A program made the position numbers and the translations under genes. Under the pieces are notes generated by a model that worked only from the letters and a program-made list of their open reading frames with translations, made no database searches and had not been told where the DNA came from. A stretch of 56,950 nt of DNA, counting the filler, from Sluysia triapertura (taxonomy: Eukaryota): the NCBI GenBank assembly GCA_046118255.1. It is 4 parts of 4 records of this genome, joined end to end, with 100 filler letters (N's around TTAATTAATTAA, not from the genome) between each part and the next. Parts side by side here need not be neighbours in the genome. Positions count along the whole stretch, not along the records: positions 1 to 18,436 come from JBJNIA010150827.1; 3 more parts are not named here. One strand, given 5' to 3'. Positions 1 through 11,779 of this stretch are shown piece by piece (position 1 is the stretch's first letter; each line of letters opens with the position of its first letter).

Positions 1-85
1 AGTCGTATACTGTAAACGGACTCATAAATATTAATTATTTTTGCTGTAGGTGATTCTTTAGGTTAAAAAAGAACCCAGCACAACG
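1..85 (+). repeat. Dispersed repeat module C (about 50-nt intron-like core), truncated at window start
   Basis: agtcgtatactgtaaacggactc...ttatttttgctgtaggt is near-identical to 18551-18630 and related to copies at 1120-1218(-), 10035-10137, 53832-53932 and 55041-55143. Confidence 0.8.
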
Positions 86-489
86 TAGATTGGATGTTTC
101 TATAACAATTTAACCTAACACTTTATCAAAATAACAATATATCTTTATTAAATGCTCTATTAATTGTTTTCTAAATAACTAATTATTCACTTTCTATTAC
201 ACTACGAATACCTAACAAATATTTTAGCGTGTTATACAATCGAAATCAACGATTTATTTTATGCACTTTCTACAATTAATCCTATATCTTATACCGAATA
301 AATACAAAAAAATTTATATTTTAACCTTTTTAAATGAAACCCTAATTTTACAAAGGTCTATATACAAAACACAAAAATAATCAAAATTTTTACAAAATTA
401 AAAATAAATATGATGAAAAGAATAAGAAAATTAAACAGACTAATTTTAAAATTAAAACCTCGATGGTCTTTAATTTTTTATTTCAACAA

Positions 490-960
490 TATAAATTTAA
501 GTGTATTTAACCCCTCAATATATCGGGGAACTAAGCTATATTTTAAAATGAGTTTACGTAGATTTTAGGATGCTAATTTTTTTCGATTGGTATAACTAAC
601 GACAAGCATGGAAAAATCAAGTTCTGATCGAGATGATGCCGAAAATATAGTATGATGTTTGACTTTGAACTGAATTACCAAACGTTGAAATAGCTGCTAG
701 TAAGGAAACTGATGATTGAATCGAAAAAGTTTAAAAAAATGGCTGCAAGAAATAATTGTTAAAATTCAAGATAGCGAGTACAAAATGGTGGTTAATAATG
801 AACTGATGCTAGTTTATATACTAGTCATCACACAATAAGAACATTCTAGAAACTTTTATTCTATTTGAAAACGAATTTTCATTTTTTGAAAATAAATTTC
901 TTTTTTGGAAAATGAGATTTTTAAAGTGATTTTAGAGATTGTTATGGTACTTTTAAATGA
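490..960 (+). repeat. Dispersed repeat module B/A (promoter-like)
   Basis: cctcaatatatcgggga ... aaaatgg ... aactgatgctagtttatata ... ttctagaa; related copies at 1420-1810(+) and 53245-53625(-). Confidence 0.75.
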
Positions 961-1119
961 TTTACAGTATTCAAGTAATATCAGTAATACTATTTAGTGA
1001 TATCTGTTATATTTACTTTGAGATTACTAAGGTGTTATTGGATTTACTTAAAATTATTAATTTAATTCTATTATTTTGAAATCTCCCATTATTATTATGA
1101 TAATCATCATCATTATATT

Positions 1120-1218
1120 TCTGTAATTTTTCTATCACTTAACCTATGGCAAAATATTTTTTGACAGGGTCCGGTTACAGTAAACGTCTTACAACGTTTA
1201 GTTGGCGTTTCTGAAACT
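1120..1218 (-). repeat. Repeat module C copy
   Basis: Reverse complement reads gtaagacgtttactgtaaccggaccctgtcaaaaaatattttgccatag gttaag. Confidence 0.8.
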
Positions 1219-1419
1219 TGATAAGTTTAATAAATATCTTAATTCTAATCTTATAGCTTTAAAACTATTAGTCAATTTAATATTTATAAAATACTTAAGG
1301 GTCTTTATACAATGATACTACTACTACTACTACTACTACTTTAACACAAGACCTCAAAAAGCTTTAATATTTAAAAATTTAATATTTTACAAAAATTGTA
1401 ATAGATATAATAAGAAAAC

Positions 1420-1810
1420 AGACAATATATCGGGAAGCCTAACTTTTTCTTTAGAGATTTAAATTTACCTGTATTTTATTAATCAAAATTAGTATCACCT
1501 TACAAAAATAACTTACATTTAACATGGGTTTGATAAAAAATGTCTCCAAAGCGATTGCGAATATAATCCTTTTGAATCGAAAAAAACAGCTAAGTGAAAT
1601 TTCCAAATAATGGATTTTACAAAATGGCGAATTAAACTGATGCTAGTTTATATACTTGCCATCAGCCAATGAAAATCGATGGAATGTTTTAGAATTTTCT
1701 AGAAGCTTCGAGTCTATTTTTAAAAGGCCTTTCTTTTTTCGAAAAATAATTTCTTTTTGGAAAATAATTATTTTTAAAGTGATTTTGAAAATTTATAATA
1801 ATTTTAAAAG
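1420..1810 (+). repeat. Repeat module B/A copy with CCAAT box
   Basis: caatatatcggga ... aaaatggcg ... actgatgctagtttatatacttgccatcagccaat ... tctagaagcttc; matches 53245-53420 on the minus strand. Confidence 0.75.
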
Positions 1811-3780
1811 GTTGCAGTGGCCAATAATGTTTTTGTATCTAATACAGACACATATTAAAACATATCACGAACGTGTAGCAAAACGAATCCATCATTCATT
1901 GTTACATAACACCACATCATTTTCTCAAACCATTTATTCGTCTTTAAAATATATAATATATCATCATTTCATTGCATCAATCCCGGACACAAACTATCAT
2001 AATGTAACACGTATTATCATCGTTACGATTGTCAACATTATCATTATTGTAATAATAATAATAATATTATACTATAAAATTTGTTTAAGACATGAAAGGT
2101 CGCATATGCCACAAAATTGATTGATTTTATACATTCAGATATACACTATTTCATCAAACATTTTCGTACATTTATAATAATTATTAAATTATTATTATAT
2201 CATACGATTTATTGAATATCCAAGATTATCCACATAAAACCTGAAATTAATCTTTATAATAATCATGCATATATCATTTTTACTTTAGCGAAATTGAACA
2301 AAATAAAACTTGTAGTCTTTCATAGTCTCTTAACGTATAGATCTGTGAATTATCTTACATGCTCATTAACGTATTTAGAGTGAAGTTTTGTTTTTAGCAT
2401 GACAACTTACTCAACAATATACGAATGTTTTCCACCCGATCATGGCTATGTGTCATGATTTATTTTACCTTGAAATTTATTGAATTTAATACATTAATTA
2501 CAATAAAAGTTTGATTAAAAGAAAAAGATCTATATCGGTCAAAAGATTATTGCACTACAAATATTCGCTAACAGAGTTTAATGCATTAAATTATTTAAAA
2601 TAAATTAATCATATTAAGTTAAAATTCATAGTTGCAAAGTATGGACAATAATGAGTCTTACTATGGAATTTAAATTGAAAATTCATTCATAGTTAACGAT
2701 CAATCTGTAATAATCCACATCATTTTATTGTCATCAAACGAGCTGTTTAAGTCACGCAACACAAGTGGCATGTAAAACTTAATATTTTATGGAATGAAAT
2801 ATTCGAAATAAGATTCATATCATCATGCGAAATAATAGAACGGGCGGTTTGGGATTCAGGAAAATGTTCACGCAAATTATTATATTTTTTTTCAGGCCAA
2901 ATGTTTTTAAGAACTAATTTAATGAATAAAAGAATGCGAGGATTAACTCATTTCGAACTTATTAACGAATAATCTGATTCTGATGTTCCAATTTTTCGAT
3001 ACATCAATAGCAATGATGTTGCATCTACAAAAATAATGTACTAGATGGATTTAATAAGGGTCAAATTGTCTATGCTGAAACAGTTTTATTGCCTATTGAA
3101 TATGGCTTTGAAAAGTGACTTCATCTCAAGGCATCGAATATGAAAATGGGTAATATATCAATTCATTTTCATTCTCGATAGTAGGTTAGATCAATTGTGA
3201 AACCTGATCTCATTTTGAAAGTCGACGTAGATCGTCATGACGACTTTTCTTAGATATTGTAAGTCAGTGGTATGAATTAGTGATTCAAATGGCAAGTTTC
3301 ATATCTATACTGAAAATTAAAAACCAAACAAATAATTGGAAATATTTCAAAAGGAAAAAAGCCACTTTACTTTTGAAAACGTATACTTTATCGTGTTAAA
3401 TAATTCAATAACTTCGTACTCTTCTCTTTCATTTCTCTTATATCCATTATAAATGCAGATGGAAAGTATTATGTATATATAATCAAGCAAAATCTAGTGT
3501 AAATATAAAATCTTGCAGAGTTACGAAGGAAAGGTCGAATTTAAGCTTCAGATCCAGTAGCAGTGCAAGAATAAATATAAAGAGGAGCAGAAGTACGAAT
3601 TTAAGATCAAAGTCAGACTAGTTATTAAGTATGAACCAAAACTTAAAATTAGATGTATGGCTGAAATAAGGCAGAAAAATGGAGATAGATATATACGCCG
3701 TATAGAGTTTAGATTAGAGGTCAAGATTAAATGTAGGAACAAGATTGTACAATAAAATCAAAACTAAACCTTAAGTCGGC

Positions 3781-3856
<76 letters not shown>
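3781..3856. repeat. (ATT)n microsatellite
   Basis: Perfect trinucleotide run. Confidence 0.97.
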
Positions 3857-3857
<1 letters not shown>

Positions 3858-4331
3858 GTTCTTTGGGCTAAATTTTAGGTATGAACCATGTGAAAATATA
3901 TTAATTATTTTTTAAATTATTTTTTGCATCATTTAAAACATTAAAGTTAATTTGCTTAAAGATTATAGAAAGTATTAACAATTAATAAAAAACCTGAGTG
4001 TTATTGTTTGATATGTAATTTTTATTACTTACCATTATTATAAATTAAAGTTTAACAAGAATATTAAAATAAAATGAGAAAAGAAATTTAATTGTAATTT
4101 AATTAATTTTTTAGAAAAGTCAAGTATTTGATTGGTTGATCTAAATTTTGAAAGAAAATCTATCATTATCGGCAGCAAATAAGTCAATAGCTAAATTAAT
4201 TTAAATTTGATCGTAATTTTAAGTAGTAATTTATATGTCCTAAAGCTTTTCGTATTTCAATTACTTATATTTATATCTCAGATAAAAATTGTGTAATATT
4301 TTAATTGGTTGCAATATCAATATATACAAAC

Positions 4332-5054
4332 ATGTAAATCATTTAATATTTTTGACAAATCCATAACTTCCTTCTCGATTTTATTGGGATCTTCAGAATT
4401 ATAAAAAGAAACATATTGATATGTTGTTTCAGTAGTAACAGTTCCAGTGTTACCACCATTAGGTATATTTATTGATTTTTTCGTAGATCCATTTACAGTC
4501 GACGAACCACTACCAGCTGCAGCACTATTTAATGTATCATTTGATGATTTTCTTGATGATTTTAATGATTTACTCATACTTGACCAAGCACTCGTATTAC
4601 CAAATAAATTCGGTGCATCTAATGTACCACAATTTATTTGAAATGAAATTAAAGGACCGATATGATAGTTATTTACTTTTGAATTATAATAATAACCATC
4701 TATAGGTTCTGTAGAGTAACAAAAATCACAAAATATTAAAGCACATTTCATCAATAATTGCATAAAATATTCGATACTATTTAAATAAAACGCATACAGC
4801 CGTTCAAATAATTCTCGTTGTTCACTGGTTACATTTTCCATTATAAAACTTTTACAATATTCAATAAAAATGTCACGATTTTTACGAATATCATTCAGCA
4901 TTTGTTCACGGATTATATTTAATTGATTCTGTAATTTAGGACTGTCATTTGAGGTGCCACTTAGTACTACTAATGTTTTAAAACGTCCAATTGTACTATT
5001 AATTCTAGATAAAATGCATCTCATATTTTCTAGTGCATCTGTTGGTGCAATCAT
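4332..5054 (-). CDS. RGS9BP: First coding exon of an RGS9-anchor / R7BP-family protein (R9AP-like, syntaxin-like helical bundle)
   Basis: Open reading frame from MIAPTD. GTSNDSPKLQNQLNIIREQ, QRELFERLYAFYLNSIEYF, QINCG and DPNKIEKEVMDLSKILNDLH are collinear with recalled R9AP motifs GGSADSQNLRQELQKTRQ, ERAEFERLWVAF, LVRTG and DLRELEREVLQVGEMIDNME. Probable GTTTGT donor at 4331; the C-terminal membrane-anchor exon was not located. Confidence 0.7.
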
Positions 5055-7409
5055 TGTAGTATTATGCAATATCCACAAAATTAAAACAAAATCATTTATT
5101 AATTATTTACTGACTTTACATTTACTTTAATATTTAATTTTACTATAAATATTAAACAGTATACAGATACATAAACTTAATTACTAATTATATATGAATT
5201 TATTTTTCTTGTTTGTATTGTTGAGTATATTTGAAAAATACTTTTTTCGAAATTTTATCCAATAAGATAACGTGATTTTAATTTTTATTTTCTTTCTCCT
5301 AAATCATATTATATATAACCATTTGTATTGTATTTCATTACAATATACATCGAATGTATACAACTTCGTTTCTACAAACTGATTATTTGCCATTAATAAG
5401 TGCATACTTGTATACTTCGCATTCGAATAATATATTTCTGAATTAAAAAGAATTACCTCATTTTTACACTGACATACTTAAACACAATGTGATTAAAATT
5501 TATTTGTTTACGTTGCTATTATAAATTTCCGTTGGATTTATAATTATTTAAACAATATTTTTCAATAATATATATTATTATTACTATATGGAAAATATTT
5601 TCAATTAAATTGATCAAAGAATAAAAAACAAATGCATAATTATTAATTAATCAATTTTTTATAAGAATCAAAATGTTTTAAATTTAAGATTTAATTAATG
5701 GAAATCAAATTTGTATAGCTTATTTAAGGTTATTGGGTTTTACAAAATATTATCTACAAACACGAGTAATACATTATTAACGTATAATAAAGTACAAATG
5801 AAATTAATTGTTTTATGTAGTGTTTCTAGTATTGATAAATTATATTCTAAGTAATTAAGGGCTTAAATATTTTCAGTTTACTAATTATATGAACAATACA
5901 AAAGTAGACAAATTTATTAAATGTCGATTTGTTACATTAGTTTTGTGACAAATTATGTAATTAAATATCTAATTTCTTACAACAAATAGGACTAAAATAA
6001 TGTGATAGTATCAAATCTTGATATAAGTCTGCAACTTTGTTTTAATGGTATTTCTTTATTGTTAATATGAATTTTATCTTGATTCGTTAGTAAACGTTTA
6101 CTTTAAAATTTTCTTTTAAATGCAAATTTTCCATTAATATTAAAGTCTCAAATTACCGAATTCTTTTACGAGATATATTTGATAACAATACAAAGGTTAA
6201 CAACACGTTATAATTTTAAATAATACAATGAACGAAATGCTAAGATTAAAATAATTGCATTAATTTTGGAATTATGAATTTTATTTCAAACCTTTGCACT
6301 TGTACTAGTTTGATTTAGCTAAAAATATAAATCTAGTCCGAACTAAAAGATTTATAATCGACTAATTATTCTAATTAATAAATGCAATCTTTATCCAATA
6401 ATATAAATGATTATTAAGACAAAGAAATAATTATCGTTCATTTGACGTTCTAATTTAATATACAATCGATTTTGTTTAATAAATCTTGTCATTTTCTAAA
6501 GCCATTTTAAAGCCTTCTTATTTCATGCTTGTGTTGCATCTTTAAATTAATTTAATACTAAAATCCGTCTTTTTAAACATATTTATTATATAAAAATCTA
6601 ATAAATATATTTTTCCACTTATTTAGGTATTTCAATAATTATGTAAGGTTATAAGATAAAACAGAAATTATTATTCGGTAGAACAATAAAGGAATAATCA
6701 ATTTCAATCAATGAACAATTCAAGTAATAATATAATTTCTAAATCTATAATAACTTTATTTATTCAGGTTTTATAAAATTAAGAAATGTGGAATCAAAGA
6801 AATCATATTTTATCTCTTATAAAATGATGTAGTAGTTTGAATTAATGTGAATGCACTATATAAATGGTAATTGTAAAATTTAGTGTTTGAATTTGATATT
6901 CTAAGCTTCTAATTATCTTTCTAATAAAGGAATATTAACAATTTCATAAATAATCATTGATATATAAATTATGGCTTAATAAGTGAAAAATTGTTAGCAG
7001 TGTCATTTACATTTTTTTGTTTTTAGTATTAAAAGTTTGAATTATATCTCGAATTAATACATTTTTCAATTAATACATATTTGCAACTGCATGCCTTTCT
7101 ATCATGACATCTCAAAAACGTTGCATTATAAAATATAAATATTTAATTTGTAATTCATTAATGGTTTCATAAGTCTATCCTGACCATTTTTTGGATAAAT
7201 TTTATTATCAAACGACAAAAAATGATTGATTAAACACTTAATGTGCACGTTCGGAGTCGTTTTATTGATATTTATCATTTGCGATTTCGTGAACTTATAT
7301 TTTACGATTTAGTTATAAAATATAAAATATTTGTTTTATATAATAGTTTAGTTCAATATTGTCAATCAAAAAATAACAAAAAAACAATAAATTGAACTAT
7401 AATTATGTG

Positions 7410-8470
7410 TGCGGTGGCCAACTGATTATTGTTACAAATTTTATTATACAATCACACAAAACTACATTCACTTTCAGTATCTACAATATACATTTTACAG
7501 ATTCATGAAAAACATTTCTACAAATAGTCTCATATCAAAATAATCTTAATCTTAATTTTCAACATTGCACAATAACCTTTTTAGAATGTACCAAAACCTG
7601 TGTTATAACTTATCTCCTTCAGATCCATCAAAACCTTATCCCAACCTTCTCAAAACATCTGTAATCCACACTTCGCAATATTAAAAACACATTCACTATC
7701 AAATGAACAACCGACAATCAAGAATTCATTGAAAACATTTCACTCATAACCATAATCACATCGATTAACATTAGATGTTACTCACTACACTTCAAGTCAC
7801 AATCTTCTAACATCCAAACTTTACCTAATTCAAAAACATCAAATTGTATTTAAAAAATCCACATAAAACACTTCCATTTCACATCTTACAACATTAAAAT
7901 TACATTTAAATTCAGATCATTTAAGCACATTAAAACCCAGTTAAAACATTTCATTCATTATTTCACAAAATCAGAATTACAACTACACCTTCAAAATAAC
8001 TGAAAACATTTTAACTCATAATCTCACTATATTCTAACCCACAACCTTTTAACACACAGCTTATAATTAAGAAATTCAAATATGTTGAGAATATAAAAGA
8101 AATTTAAATATTAGGAAAATTATATTCTTTACATTTAAAAGGTTTATGCATTTTTAAATAATAATAATATTATTGTTATTATTATTATTATCATCAATTT
8201 ATCAATTTAATTTTATCAATTTATTAATTTTATGAACTAGTAATTACCACTATCAATGGTGATACTATTAGTTTCCATGTATAAATTTTTGTCATTATTG
8301 ATAGTGGTTAGCCTTGCAATATTACATATTTTTAGTGCTATCATTGGTTGTCCAACCAGAGTAGCTCTGTTCATTATTTTTATCACTTTGGTTGAACGTC
8401 CAATGAGGATTCTTCATCGATAGAAGTAAAATTATCCACTAGATTGTTGTATATTTTAAAACAGTATCTC
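7410..8470 (+). mobile_element. Cargo-cassette copy 1, 5' framework (CA-rich leader plus CCAAT-palindrome block)
   Basis: Starts gtggccaact; CA-rich strand-biased tract to about 8070; then attggttgtccaacc and ttgaacgtccaat boxes. Homologous layout at 48300-49316(-) and 51974-52880(+). Confidence 0.6.
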
Positions 8471-8616
8471 ATTGATTATAGAGTACACAAAAAATTTTAA
8501 ATCTTGACAATTTATCGATTTTCCAGAATAACAAAATTCTTTTTTTTGTGATATTTAGTTAAAAGACATTTTAATAAAAATTACTAGGTGATTTAGAAGA
8601 GAGAAGCTAAAAGTGT

Positions 8617-9450
8617 TTGTTTTGAAAACAATAATAATGAAGACATGGAGCTTAGATTAAAAGCTCTCACAGAATTAACTAATGTTTGAATTAGTGATAA
8701 AGAAAGTGTTGAAATATCTACTCTACTATTTGATGTTGTAAATGATGGCCGCAGAACTCAAGTTGATTTGATAAGTGATTTGAAGATCGATGCCGAAAGA
8801 CGTGGCTTAACTATTAATCCTTTAATTTTGCATTTAGAAAATAATATTATATGACTTGCTGGAATCAGTGCTGATCGAATTCAAGAAGATTATTTAAGAA
8901 TTTTACGATATTTCAGATTTTTCAAAAAAATTTCGGAACAATGCGATTCAAACGTTGAAGCAATCTTATCTTATGTTAAACAAAGGGTCGATGATGTAAA
9001 AAATATAATAGTAAAGATATTAAAAATAAACATGCATGTCACATATTTAAGCTAAAGTTTGAAGTAAATTTGTGTCTTTATATTGCTTTAGTTAAAAATA
9101 AATTTAAAAATAAGAAACAACGATTTTGTGAGTTTTATGAAAACTTTCAGAAAAATGATGCTCAAAGTGCGATTTTATCAAGATTAAGTATTTATAATAA
9201 AAACAAATTACAAAGTATTCACAAACATTTTAAGTTCAGCAATAATGATTTATCCATTATGTGTTATTTATTTCACAAAATTTATACAAAAGTGACATTG
9301 AAATTTTTACAAGATGATTTCATAATGTGCGTAATTAAAAAACGAATTCAACATAATCTATTGCAAATGTATCGATTCAAATCTTTGAAATTATTAGGAG
9401 GACCAGAAATAATGCAAGAATGGTCTTTAAAAGAGAATAACGTCCAAATG
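8617..9450 (+). pseudogene. TRNT1: Intronless degenerate CCA tRNA nucleotidyltransferase copy
   Basis: Manual translation: ESVEISTLLFDVVNDGRRTQVDLISDLKIDAERRGLTINPL...*LAGISADRIQEDYLRILRYFRFF matches class II CCA enzyme motifs (EITTLR.D...DGR, DAERRDLTIN, RIQEDYLRILRYFRF). In-frame stops; the GGAVRD/DxD catalytic segment is absent. ORF 9070-9525 resembles the C-terminal body. Confidence 0.88.
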
Positions 9451-9675
9451 GATACTACCATAACTCAATTAATCCGATCAGATTCGGACGATGATTCAAG
9501 TCCGGTTTGTGTCTATATGCAGTGACTCAAGACGGAAAATGCATTAAGTATGGAATTCAAGGATAACTCCTATTTGATTTCTCATTTAAGAAATCATAAG
9601 CACAGAATACAACATCTGATGCCATCATTGAACGAATGGCCCCTCAATAATAACTATCATCACGATTTAAAGTAA
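9447..9675 (+). pseudogene. Degenerate CCCH zinc-finger tail of cassette copy 1
   Basis: NSINPIRFGR*FKSGLCLYAVTQDGKCIKYGIQ, then after a frameshift YLISHLRNHKHRIQHLM; collinear with 47099-47452(-) NPIRILQCPFQSSDTGRCIKFGLACQFYH..YQISH..HHERMQNLM. Confidence 0.75.
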
Positions 9676-10034
9676 TCATTATTTTTAATCATATTTATAA
9701 CTTTATTATTAACATTGATGCCCATTTTTATCCTTTTGTTTTCTGTAGAATTGAATTCAAAGCATAATTGGGAAAACGTATTTAGAAAAAGAATCTTAAA
9801 AATAAATGTTCAATTTTATGCTTGAAATGTTTGCTGGTATAAAGGGTTGTAAAATGTTGTGAAGAATGATTTTATTGTGTGATTTGTTACAAAACTTCAA
9901 ATTATAGGGTTGGTTACCACAGTTACAGAGTAAATTATTAAAAGTATTTAAAAAATTATTTATTACATAGATAGTTGAGCATTCGGTAAGATCCTAATTA
10001 AGAAGCATTAACCATTTAGATAAAATATTGGCTT

Positions 10035-10137
10035 ATATAGTTACAGAAATGCAATCTTCACGACATAAGACGTGTTAACTGTAACCTGAACCTGCTCAAA
10101 AATATTCTATCGTAGGTTAAGTGCTAGAAAACCACTT
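10035..10137 (+). repeat. Repeat module C copy
   Basis: tagttacagaaatgc...ataagacgtgttaactgtaacctgaacc...atcgtaggttaagtgctagaaaaccac. Confidence 0.75.
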
Positions 10138-10884
10138 ATTGGATAGCTGACGAGTACAGCTTTATTTAAACGAAACACTATAGCTATATATCGTTTTCTT
10201 TGATACAAAAATCAGGATCATAATCTGAAAAATAGAATATAAAATAAAATATAATACAAAAAATATAATACATCAACCAATTAAGTACAAAGATCGAATT
10301 AATTAAGGAAANNNNNNNNNNNNNNNNNNNNNNNNNNNNNNNNNNNNNNNNNNNNNNNNNNNNNNNNNNNNNNNNNNNNNNNNNNNNNNNNNNNNNNNNN
10401 NNNNNNNNNNNNNNNNNNNNNNNNNNNNNNNNNNNNNNNNNAAAAATGGCATAAAATCAGCAATAATACAAAAACATAAATATGAAAAGAAAATAAAAGT
10501 AACATAAGTGAACAAAAAGTAAGATGAACGATTTAAATAACAATTGATGCACGTAGAAGTGAATAGCAGAAGAGCAGGCTCGATGTAGAACAGGAAAACA
10601 ACAAAAGAACGAATAAATTTTGTTGGATTAGGAAGTGATGAGGAAGAAGACAGCTTTAATATCTAGAGGGGATGTAGATTGAAGAAGAAGAAGAAGTTAT
10701 GAAAGGTAATTATCCACTACAAATCAACAAATCTATGTTTATATTGAAAATACTGAATTATGCTGATAAAATTAGGCCAATTTCGATTTGCCACCCCTTC
10801 GTTCTATGTAGAGTTGTTTATTTTTATATTTACCAACTCATTTTCATAGTCAATTATATATGTTAACAAAGTGGAATTTTTTAC

Positions 10885-11250
10885 ATAATAATAATAATCA
10901 TCATCATGTTCTTCTTCTTGTTCATCATCATCTTNNNNNNNNNNNNNNNNNNNNNNNNNNNNNNNNNNNNNNNNNNNNNNNNNNNNNNNNNNNNNNNNNN
11001 NNNNNNNNNNNNNNNNNNNNNNNNNNNNNNNNNNNNNNNNNNNNNNNNNNNNNNNNNNNNNNNNNNNNNNNNNNNNNNNNNNNNNNNNNNNNNNNNNNNN
11101 NNNNNNNNNNNNNNNNNNNNNNNNNNNNNNNNNNNNNNNNNNNNNNNNNNNNNNNNNTTTATCATCATCTCCATCATCTTCATCTTCATCATCATCATCA
11201 TCTCCATCATCTTCATCTTCATCATCATCATCATCATCATCATCACCACT
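10885..11250. repeat. (TCA/TCT)n microsatellite spanning an assembly gap
   Basis: catcatcat/cttcat runs flank the N run. Confidence 0.9.
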
Positions 11251-11779
11251 CTAATGTGTTTCTATTGCTTTTTCTTTCAAATTTATTTTATCAATTTTGC
11301 AGTATTCTCATTCGACATTACTAGATACTTAATTTTCTTATTTTTTTTCACTTGTTACTCGGATTGCAGTGCACTGTTGTTACTTAGATTTTTCTTGTCC
11401 ACCGTAATTGATCAGATATATGTTTTAATTATGAGAATTATCAGCAATTTTGTATGGATATTATTTAAAAATAGAAAGTAGCCAATTCATAAAATATTTA
11501 TATTGTTTTTAATAATATTTTCTTCTGATGATATACACTTACATATTATCAACATTCATCTATTTGTTTATTAATCAGTTTGCAGCAGATAAAATTTATT
11601 CAAATAATAATAAATTTATTCAAAAAATAATAAATAAATTGGACAATTTTTCAAAAAATAATATTTCAATTGAATATCAGAAGAACAATTTTGAAATTGA
11701 TCTGATTATTGATCGCGGATTCCAGATTATTACATCGTTAATTAACGTCCAAGGTAGTGATAATTTTCAATTTAGTACA

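Noticed and set aside
800-860. Hammerhead ribozyme suggested by ctgatg...gaaa
   Set aside because: The core reads CTGATGC rather than CTGANGA, and the three stems could not be built.
1656-2120. 154-aa ORF with a hydrophobic C-terminus
   Set aside because: The 5' part is repeat module A and the Ile run comes from an (ATA)n-like tract; no family motif.
10299-11481. Poly-His/Met/Ile ORFs
   Set aside because: Artefacts of (CAT)n microsatellites and N gaps.
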